Shown here: positions 14,465-20,983 of the stretch, piece by piece
Numbering within the stretch: position 1 is the stretch's first letter
Layout: each line of letters starts with the position of its first letter
Assembly (NCBI GenBank): GCA_049324315.1
Contig: JBMOKU010000015.1
Location: 11,964 to 35,963 of the forward strand
Direction: 5' to 3'
Length of the DNA: 24,000 nucleotides
Origin: Bacillota bacterium
Lineage (GTDB): Bacteria > Bacillota > Clostridia > Peptostreptococcales > Thermotaleaceae
Translations under genes and position numbers: made by a program
The notes under the pieces: generated by a model
The model's input: the letters and a program-made list of their open reading frames with translations, nothing else
The model's database searches: none
What the model was told of the DNA's origin: nothing

Positions 14465-15196
14465 ATGTTTCGTATGAAAAGAAAAAATATTTTCTTATCG
14501 CTGCTTGTGATGGTGTTGTTTGTAATTAGCTATTTTAATTATGCAATTAATAAATATTCTTTACTGGAAACATCTTCTGATTTTGAAAGATATGAAGAAA
14601 ACAAATTGGCAGAAGTTACGATGGACACGCTGAATGAAGAACTGCTTGAAGAAGAGATGAAAGACGACGCTGGGAGCAATGTGCAAGTAGATGAAGAAAA
14701 TCAAATGGAACAAAATGAACAAGAAACAGAACAATCGGCTTTAGACGTGAATGTAGTTGACAGTACCCAGAGTGTTGTAGGCAATGTTGTAACAGAGGCC
14801 AGCACAAATATTGAAAGTAACATAACAAGCAATAAAAATATGAAAAAAAGCAATTACTTTATCGAAGCAAGGTTAAATACTTCCATTGAGAGAGAACGAA
14901 TGGTATCTATGTTGAATGAAATCATCGATAATGACAATACAGACGATGAGAACAGAAAAGAAGCCAACAATGCTAAAATGCGATTGATTGATATTATGAA
15001 TAAAGAAAAAATTGTAGAAAACTTAATAAAGGCAAAAGGCTTTGAAGATGCATTGGTGTTTATAACGGAAAACTCTGTCAATGTGATTGTGGAGACAGAA
15101 AAGCTAACGGATTCTGATGTAGCAAAAATACTTGATATCGTTACTCGGGAAACAAAAGTTCCCTTGCTCAATGTAAAAATATTAAATAAATTCTAG
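14465..15196 (+). CDS. spoIIIAH: Stage III sporulation protein AH (SpoIIQ-interacting YscJ/FliF-like component)
   Basis: MFRMKRKNIFLSLLVMVLFVISYFNY is an N-terminal TM anchor. An acidic/Gln-rich linker follows, then a C-terminal domain (ALVFITENSVNVIVETEKLTDSDVAKILDIVTRE). It is the last gene of the operon. ATG 14465 follows GGGGGGAAG (14452-14460). The ORF-track TTG 14450 is rejected. Confidence 0.8.
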   Translation: MFRMKRKNIFLSLLVMVLFVISYFNYAINKYSLLETSSDFERYEENKLAEVTMDTLNEELLEEEMKDDAGSNVQVDEENQMEQNEQETEQSALDVNVVDSTQSVVGNVVTEASTNIESNITSNKNMKKSNYFIEARLNTSIERERMVSMLNEIIDNDNTDDENRKEANNAKMRLIDIMNKEKIVENLIKAKGFEDALVFITENSVNVIVETEKLTDSDVAKILDIVTRETKVPLLNVKILNKF

Positions 15197-15202
15197 TTTG
15201 GT

Positions 15203-15231
15203 TTGTAAATAAAAACTTAATTTGGTATAAT
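15203..15231 (+). promoter_or_regulatory. Candidate sigma-A promoter with extended -10, upstream of asp23
   Basis: -35 TTGTAA (15203-15208), 17-nt spacer, TGg-TATAAT (TG at 15223-15224, -10 at 15226-15231). Confidence 0.45.
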
Positions 15232-15275
15232 ATTCATTGAAGATTTTATTCCTAATATTGGGGGGTGTAGGAATC

Positions 15276-15674
15276 ATGGTAGATAACAAACTAGAGGGTC
15301 CAGATTATGGTCAAATAAAAATCGCAGATGAAGTCGTTGGAATCATAGCCGGATTAGCAGCTACAGAGGTGCCTGGCGTTGCTGGTATGAGCGGTGGTAT
15401 AGCGGGTGGAATTGCAGAAATGTTAGGTCGAAAAAACCTTTCTAAAGGCGTTAAAGTAGAAGTTGGAGAAAAAGAAGCTGCTATTGATTTATACATAATT
15501 GTTGATTATGGTGTCAAGATTCCTGATGTTTCTTGGAAAATTCAAGAAAGTGTAAAAAAAGCCATAGAGACAATGACCGGTCTAAAGGTTGTTGAAGTGA
15601 ATATACATGTTCAAGGTGTGAATATTGAGAAGGACGGAAAAGAAGATGATCCTGCCATTCTTAGAGTTAAATAG
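15276..15674 (+). CDS. asp23: Asp23/Gls24 family envelope stress (alkaline shock) protein
   Basis: IKIADEVVGIIAGLAATEVPGVAGMSGG...KGVKVEVGEKEAAIDLYIIVDYGVKIPDV...VKKAIETMTGLKVVEVNIHVQGV is the canonical Asp23 pattern. ATG 15276 lies 8 nt after GGGGGTG (15261-15267). The ORF-track TTG 15237 falls within the predicted promoter/5'UTR. Confidence 0.9.
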   Translation: MVDNKLEGPDYGQIKIADEVVGIIAGLAATEVPGVAGMSGGIAGGIAEMLGRKNLSKGVKVEVGEKEAAIDLYIIVDYGVKIPDVSWKIQESVKKAIETMTGLKVVEVNIHVQGVNIEKDGKEDDPAILRVK

Positions 15675-15687
15675 ATGATAATATTGA

Positions 15688-15725
15688 CTAACCCTCTGAC
15701 TTGTCAGAGGGTTAGTTTAAATTTT
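15688..15725 (+). terminator. Rho-independent terminator after asp23
   Basis: Perfect 13-bp inverted repeat CTAACCCTCTGAC (15688-15700) / GTCAGAGGGTTAG (15703-15715). Followed by TTTAAATTTT. Confidence 0.7.
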
Positions 15726-15758
15726 CAAAAGGACATACACATAAGAAAGGAGAATTCC

Positions 15759-16295
15759 ATGAAACTTGTTGAAAGAATTCTTTTAGCTTTGTATAGCTTA
15801 TTTGTTGCTGCATTAGCTTTATTATTTATCGCCATGCCTTTTAGTGAAAATGTTTATCAGTGGACAAGCTCACAACTGGCTTTTTATCGTCTAACTTGGC
15901 AAAATATTTTTATTCCTGTTCTTTTCTTATCCGCTAGCCTGCGTTTTTTGGCATCAGGCTTATGGGTAAGTAGGAGGAAAAGAAATGCCATCGTAAGGCA
16001 TACAGCATATGGCGAAGTAAAAATATCTTTCGAAACAATTGAAGGTATGGCTTTGAAGATTGCCAGGTCAGCAGCCGGATTAAGAGATATCAAAGCAAGT
16101 GTAGATCAAATCGCCGAAGGGGTTATTATCTCGTTACATGCTTCTACCATAGGAGATATGAATATACCTGAATCCTCTGTTAAACTGCAGCAAAACATTA
16201 AAGACTATATTGAAGAATATACAGGTGTTCATGTCAAAGAAGTGAAGGTATACATTGAGAATGTTTCGACAATCAGTAAAGGTAGAGTAGAATAG
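15759..16295 (+). CDS. amaP: Alkaline shock response membrane anchor protein AmaP-like
   Basis: Two N-terminal TM segments (ILLALYSLFVAALALLFIAMPF; IFIPVLFLSASLRFLASGLWV). Then GEVKISFETIEGMALKIARSAAGLRDIKASV...VKEVKVYIENV, an Asp23-related soluble domain typical of AmaP. ATG 15759 follows AAAGGAGA (15747-15754). The ORF-track start 15675 spans the asp23 terminator. Confidence 0.65.
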   Translation: MKLVERILLALYSLFVAALALLFIAMPFSENVYQWTSSQLAFYRLTWQNIFIPVLFLSASLRFLASGLWVSRRKRNAIVRHTAYGEVKISFETIEGMALKIARSAAGLRDIKASVDQIAEGVIISLHASTIGDMNIPESSVKLQQNIKDYIEEYTGVHVKEVKVYIENVSTISKGRVE

Positions 16296-16310
16296 TAAAG
16301 GAGTAATACA

Positions 16311-16541
16311 ATGGATAAAGAAAAAATCTTCGAATTACTGATTAGAAACCATGGAAAATTCATTGGTGTTACTGTCGGTCTGTCTTTTGGTGTTCTGGTT
16401 ATTACCATTGGCTTGATAAAAACACTCTTTCTTAGTTTATGTATATACATTGGATATTCTATCGGCAATAAAATAGATCGTAAAGAGGATGTATTAGCAA
16501 TATTAGATAAAATTCTACCTCCTGGAAATTTTAGATCATAG
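16311..16541 (+). CDS. Small two-TM membrane protein (DUF2273-like) of the asp23 locus
   Basis: 76 aa. GKFIGVTVGLSFGVLVITIGLIKTLFLSLCIYIGYSIG. SD AAAGGAG (16297-16303). Its position after asp23/amaP is typical of Firmicutes asp23 loci. Confidence 0.7.
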   Translation: MDKEKIFELLIRNHGKFIGVTVGLSFGVLVITIGLIKTLFLSLCIYIGYSIGNKIDRKEDVLAILDKILPPGNFRS

Positions 16542-16613
16542 TTACATATAAGGTCAAAATTGAGGGACAATAGTTAAAGAATTTACCAGTGAAAATAGAA
16601 CAGGAGGCTGTAT

Positions 16614-17012
16614 ATGAGTAGAAGAATGGCTCGCGAATCTGCAATGAAATTATTGTTTCAAATGGACCTTCAAGGAGATTATTCTCCGTCCATTTTAGAA
16701 AGATATATTGAAGATCTGCCTGAAAATCAAGAAGAAATCATGTTTATTAGGGATATAGGTACAAAATTCATTGAATATAAAGAAATGGTAGATGAAAAAA
16801 TAGCTGCGTATACGAAGGAATGGCGTTTCGATCGCATTGCAAAAGTAGATTTGGCAATTCTTAGACTTGCTGTTGTTGAAATTATGTTTAGGGAGGATAT
16901 ACCAGATAGCGTTTCAATCAACGAAGGGGTAGAATTGGCTAAACAATATAGTACAGAAGAGTCGGGAAGCTTCATTAATGGCATATTGGGCAGCATCGTG
17001 GTGAAGCAATGA
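16614..17012 (+). CDS. nusB: Transcription antitermination factor NusB
   Basis: MSRRMARESAMKLLFQMDLQ..., RIAKVDLAILRLAVVEI..., INEGVELAKQYSTEESGSFINGILG are canonical NusB motifs. SD AGGAGG (16602-16607). Confidence 0.93.
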   Translation: MSRRMARESAMKLLFQMDLQGDYSPSILERYIEDLPENQEEIMFIRDIGTKFIEYKEMVDEKIAAYTKEWRFDRIAKVDLAILRLAVVEIMFREDIPDSVSINEGVELAKQYSTEESGSFINGILGSIVVKQ

Positions 17013-17977
17013 TGAAGGATAAGGGTATGGTACTTGGAATTGATACCAGTAACTATACTACGTCAATTGCATTGGTTGATCTTAAGGGCAATATTCTATT
17101 GGACAAAAGAAAAATATTGGATGTTAAAATAGGAGAGAGGGGATTAAGACAATCAGATGCCCTCTTTCAACATGTTAACAATATGCCTATTTTATTTAAC
17201 GAGATAGAAAAATTTACAAGGGATTATCAGATCTGTACAGTTTCAGCCAGCAGTAAACCAAGACCTGTAGAGAATTCTTATATGCCGGTCTTTCTTGCTG
17301 GTCAGTCATTCGGACAAACAATTGCAAAAACATTGCACTGTCCATACTTTGCGTGCAGCCACCAAGAAAATCACATTGAAGCTGCCTGCAGTACAATTCA
17401 TGAATCATTTGAAACCGACTTTATTGCTGTACATATGTCAGGCGGTACAACAGAAATTCTAAAGATACATAAAAATGAAAATCATGCTGGTCCATACGCC
17501 GTCGAGATCATTGGCGGAACCTCCGACCTAAGTGCAGGACAGTTTATTGATCGCGTAGGTGTTGCTTTAGGATTTTCATTTCCAGCCGGAAAGAGCATGG
17601 ACAATTTGGCATTAGCTGCAAATGAAGATGATCTTCATATTACGGTTTCCGTTCAGCAAGGCATCATCAGTTATTCTGGACCAGAAACCATGGCACAAAA
17701 ATTTATTCAAAGTAATAGGAATCCAAACAATATTGCTAGAGCGGTTTTAGAGAATATAGCCCTTTCTTTAGAAAAAGCAATTACCTTCTGCTGTATGCAG
17801 ACAGGTATCAAAAATGTTATATTCATTGGGGGCGTGGCTTCCAGTCAGTTTTTGAACAAATACTTTACCAATCGACAAAACAAATATTTTACGATATATT
17901 TTGCTAAAAGAGAACTTTGTACGGATAATGCCGTCGGTACTGCCTTGTTAGGTTTGAGGTATTATCGTTCTCTATAG
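17009..17977 (+). CDS. Divergent TsaD/Kae1-family (ASKHA fold, 'glycoprotease/peptidase M22') paralog of unknown function
   Basis: Collinear with TsaD along its whole length. VLGIDTSNYTTSIALVD corresponds to VLGIETSCDETGIAIYD. SHQENHIEAA corresponds to HHMEGHLLAP, so HxxxH is retained. Further matches: FIAVHMSGGTTEIL, DLSAGQFIDRVGVALGFSFPAG, IFIGGVASSQFL, YFAKRELCTDNAVGTA. Its ATGA start overlaps the nusB stop. Confidence 0.7.
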   Translation: MMKDKGMVLGIDTSNYTTSIALVDLKGNILLDKRKILDVKIGERGLRQSDALFQHVNNMPILFNEIEKFTRDYQICTVSASSKPRPVENSYMPVFLAGQSFGQTIAKTLHCPYFACSHQENHIEAACSTIHESFETDFIAVHMSGGTTEILKIHKNENHAGPYAVEIIGGTSDLSAGQFIDRVGVALGFSFPAGKSMDNLALAANEDDLHITVSVQQGIISYSGPETMAQKFIQSNRNPNNIARAVLENIALSLEKAITFCCMQTGIKNVIFIGGVASSQFLNKYFTNRQNKYFTIYFAKRELCTDNAVGTALLGLRYYRSL

Positions 17978-17997
17978 GTACTAAAGATTATCTGTTT

Positions 17998-18074
17998 CTT
18001 TCCCTTAAGTATGACCCGAATGCGGCTAACTGCTAACGGCTAACCACGTATTTGGATCTTTCTTAGGATGAAAG
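17998..18074. repeat. Imperfect ~77-nt hairpin whose 30-nt loop carries three tandem (G/T)GCTAAC heptamers
   Basis: Left arm CTTTCCCTTAAGTATGACCCGAA (17998-18020) pairs with right arm TTTGGATCTTTCTTAGGATGAAAG (18051-18074), about 18 pairs including G.U. The loop holds GGCTAAC (18024-18030), TGCTAAC (18031-18037) and GGCTAAC (18038-18044). A further CTAAC lies at 18081-18085. No U-tract. Confidence 0.35.
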
Positions 18075-18133
18075 TAAAAACTAACAAAATTCACGCTCTT
18101 CAGTTGAAAGGCTATTGTTAAAGGTGAGGAAAC

Positions 18134-19375
18134 ATGCGGTTAAAAACCCTTTCAGTATCAGAATTAAATCGTTATATTCATCGAATACTTACATCAGATC
18201 CAATCCTAAATCATATTAATCTTGCTGGCGAAGTATCTAATTTTAAGCAGCACAGCAGCGGACATTGTTATTTTTCCCTTAAAGATGAAAAAAGTAAGAT
18301 TAATTGCGTTCTATTCAGAGATAACTATATGAAAGTTAAATTTGATATTTCAGAAGGACTACATGTTATCGTAAAGGGATATGTATCAACTTTTGAAAGG
18401 GATGGTCAAGTTCAGTTTTATGTCCGGGAAATTGAACCTGAAGGAATGGGCGCACTTTACTTAGCCTTTGAACAGCTAAAAAGCAAGTTGGAAAAAGAGG
18501 GATTATTTGATATCCATCAAAAAAAGAACCTTCCTTTTTTACCCCCAAAAATTGCTGTTGTTACATCTCCCACCGGAGCTGCAGTAAGAGATATTCTTTC
18601 AGTCATTAAAAGAAGAAATCCCTATGTCAGCATTGTTGTCTATCCGGTACTTGTACAAGGAGAAATGGCTAGTTCTCAGATTAGCAAAGCTATTGAAGAC
18701 ATCAATCAAAGAAACGATATTGCGTTGATGATCGTTGGTAGAGGCGGGGGATCTATAGAAGAGCTCTGGGCTTTTAATGAAGAAAAAGTTGCCCGAAGTA
18801 TATTTCAGTCAAAGATTCCCGTTATTTCTGCCGTAGGACATGAAACAGATTTTACCATTGCAGATTTTGTTGCGGATATGAGGGCCGCAACACCTTCTGC
18901 TGCAGCTGAGTTGGCTGTCCCTAGACTTGTTGATATCTTATCAGCGATGAACGGATTTAAGAATCAGATGGATCGTGCTATGAATCATTACCTGGTTCAG
19001 AAATATGAAAAATTATCTTATATCGGTGCTCATAGGTTATTAAAGCCAATACAAAATCGGGTACAAGGTGAAAAACAATACCTAGACAGATTGAAAAGAG
19101 ATCATGATTTGTTTCTGAATCGGATTCTTGAAAAAAACAAATTTCAATTGCTGCATCATGGTGAAAAACTATATGCGCTAAATCCTTTCCAGACATTACA
19201 AAGAGGTTACAGCATTATACACAATGCTGACACGAAGCAGACAATTTATTCTGTTGAACAAGTTAAAACTGGTGATCATATGGAACTTATCTTAAGTGAC
19301 GGTATCATACACGGTACTGTTGTAGGTCATAAAAAGGAGGAGAGAGCTCTTGATAAATTCAAATATAAAGGATGA
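18134..19375 (+). CDS. xseA: Exodeoxyribonuclease VII large subunit
   Basis: N-terminal OB fold LSVSELNRYIHRILTSDPILNHINLAGEVSNFKQHSSGHCYFSLKDEKSKINCVLF. Catalytic core VVTSPTGAAVRDIL...GRGGGSIEELWAFNEE...ISAVGHETDFTIADFVADMRAATPSAAAE. SD AAGGTGAGGA. Confidence 0.94.
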   Translation: MRLKTLSVSELNRYIHRILTSDPILNHINLAGEVSNFKQHSSGHCYFSLKDEKSKINCVLFRDNYMKVKFDISEGLHVIVKGYVSTFERDGQVQFYVREIEPEGMGALYLAFEQLKSKLEKEGLFDIHQKKNLPFLPPKIAVVTSPTGAAVRDILSVIKRRNPYVSIVVYPVLVQGEMASSQISKAIEDINQRNDIALMIVGRGGGSIEELWAFNEEKVARSIFQSKIPVISAVGHETDFTIADFVADMRAATPSAAAELAVPRLVDILSAMNGFKNQMDRAMNHYLVQKYEKLSYIGAHRLLKPIQNRVQGEKQYLDRLKRDHDLFLNRILEKNKFQLLHHGEKLYALNPFQTLQRGYSIIHNADTKQTIYSVEQVKTGDHMELILSDGIIHGTVVGHKKEERALDKFKYKG

Positions 19376-19601
19376 CGTTACCTTTGAAGAAGGAATAAAA
19401 AGACTGGAAGAAATCGTTCGTGCATTGGAAGATGGAAAATCCTCATTAGATGAGGCGCTGCACTTGTACGAGGAAGGTATTCGTTTATATAGAATGTGTA
19501 ACCTACAAATAGAAAAGGCAGAACAAAAGATAACTGCTTTGGTTTCTGATGATCAAGGACTTTTAAGGGAAATAGAATTTGAGGAACTTAGGAGTGAATA
19601 A
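19350..19601 (+). CDS. xseB: Exodeoxyribonuclease VII small subunit
   Basis: VTFEEGIKRLEEIVRALEDGKSSLDEALHLYEEGIRLYRMCNLQIEKAEQKI is the canonical XseB pattern. The TTG start at 19350 lies 8 nt after AAAGGAGGA (19333-19341). It overlaps xseA by 26 nt. Confidence 0.9.
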   Translation: MINSNIKDDVTFEEGIKRLEEIVRALEDGKSSLDEALHLYEEGIRLYRMCNLQIEKAEQKITALVSDDQGLLREIEFEELRSE

Positions 19602-19602
19602 A

Positions 19603-20496
19603 ATGTCAATGGAATCATTTATGCAAGAGAAAATACAAAAAGTAGATATTGCGTTAGACGAATATATAAAAGATACAGGACATCACCACAAACTAGTATT
19701 TGAGGCCATGAGATATAGTATTTTTGCAGGTGGTAAGCGGCTAAGACCCGTATTGATGCTGGCTGCCAATGAATATGTTGGAGGCAAGGAGGAGGAAGTA
19801 CTCCCTTTTGCTTGTGCCATTGAAATGATTCATACGTATTCATTAATTCATGATGATTTGCCGGCTATGGACGATGATGATTACAGAAGAGGAAAACTGA
19901 CAAATCATAAAGTATTTGGCGAAGGAATAGCAATTCTGGCGGGAGATGGTCTGCTAAATCTCGCTTATGAGATTATGTTTAAGGAAATATGGAACGCTGA
20001 TGAAATGAGCATGAAAAGAAAAGCTGCTGCTGCCTTTGAAATTGTTGCTGCTGCCGGTGTAAATGGCATGATTGGTGGACAAGTAGTAGATTTGATTAGC
20101 GAGAACAAGAAGATCAATAGCGATATTCTTGATTTTATTCATAATAACAAAACAGCTGCACTTATCATTGCTTCCATCAAAGCAGGGGCCATCATCGGCG
20201 GTGCTTCTGACAAAGAAATACAAGAAATGACCGAATATGGAAAAAACATAGGTTTAGGCTTTCAAATAACTGACGATATTTTAGATATCATTGGTGATGA
20301 AAAAAAACTTGGCAAGAAGGTCGGCAGCGATCTCGAAAAGCACAAAGCCACATATCCTTCCATTCATGGAATGGAGGCATCCATAGAAAAGGTTAAGGAA
20401 TTACATCAAAAAAGTGTAGCCGTTTTTCATAATCAGAAAGATAAAGCAAGGTTCTTTCTCGATATGGCGGATTTTCTCGTAAAAAGGGAATTTTAA
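19603..20496 (+). CDS. ispA: (2E,6E)-farnesyl diphosphate synthase / short-chain polyprenyl synthase
   Basis: First Asp-rich motif LIHDDLPAMDDDDYRRG. Second Asp-rich motif FQITDDILD. GKRLRP is also present. ATG 19603 lies 6 nt after AGGAGTG (19590-19596). The ORF-track TTG 19579 is inside xseB. Confidence 0.9.
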   Translation: MSMESFMQEKIQKVDIALDEYIKDTGHHHKLVFEAMRYSIFAGGKRLRPVLMLAANEYVGGKEEEVLPFACAIEMIHTYSLIHDDLPAMDDDDYRRGKLTNHKVFGEGIAILAGDGLLNLAYEIMFKEIWNADEMSMKRKAAAAFEIVAAAGVNGMIGGQVVDLISENKKINSDILDFIHNNKTAALIIASIKAGAIIGGASDKEIQEMTEYGKNIGLGFQITDDILDIIGDEKKLGKKVGSDLEKHKATYPSIHGMEASIEKVKELHQKSVAVFHNQKDKARFFLDMADFLVKREF

Positions 20497-20513
20497 GACA
20501 AGGAGGAAGTCGA

Positions 20514-20960
20514 GTGACATTTCTTCAGCAGATTTTTAGAAATGAAATACTGAATGCAGCATTAGCGTCATGGTTTGTAGCACAAGCTTTAAAGGTAATC
20601 ATTACATTTGTACAAGAAAAAAGAATCAATCTATATCGATTTGTTGGATCTGGCGGCATGCCCAGTTCACACTCTTCATTGGTTATGGGCCTTTCAACGG
20701 CTGTAGGACTCAAAGCAGGGTGGGATTCAATGCTATATGCAATCGCATTAACCTTTGCTTTGGTTATCATGTATGATGCTTCCGGTGTAAGAAGAGCAGT
20801 GGGAAAACAGGCAATCATCCTGAATAAAATCATTGAAGACAGACATAATCATAAACCCATTGGTGAACAGCGGTTGAAAGAATTAATAGGACATACACCC
20901 TTTGAAGTTTTTGCAGGAGCAATTTTAGGGATTATTATTGCTAACTTGATGATTTCGTAG
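20514..20960 (+). CDS. Divergent PAP2 family membrane protein (DUF212 / YuiD-like acid phosphatase-related)
   Basis: NEILNAALASWFVAQALKVI...GSGGMPSSHSSLVMGLSTAVGL...MYDASGVRRAVGKQA...IGHTPFEVFAGAILGIIIA matches the DUF212 pattern as I recall it. The GTG start at 20514 lies 6 nt after AAGGAGGA (20500-20507). Confidence 0.85.
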   Translation: MTFLQQIFRNEILNAALASWFVAQALKVIITFVQEKRINLYRFVGSGGMPSSHSSLVMGLSTAVGLKAGWDSMLYAIALTFALVIMYDASGVRRAVGKQAIILNKIIEDRHNHKPIGEQRLKELIGHTPFEVFAGAILGIIIANLMIS

Positions 20961-20983
20961 AAGGAAACAAAAGAGAAAGTGAG

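Noticed and set aside
15675-15758. ORF-track 5' extensions of several genes: amaP-like 15675, asp23 15237, ispA 19579, spoIIIAB 10812, spoIIIAH 14450, second pilin 1117
   Set aside because: The extensions begin at non-ATG codons or lie upstream of the obvious SD. They run through terminators, promoters or the preceding gene. Family N-termini align with the internal ATG starts.
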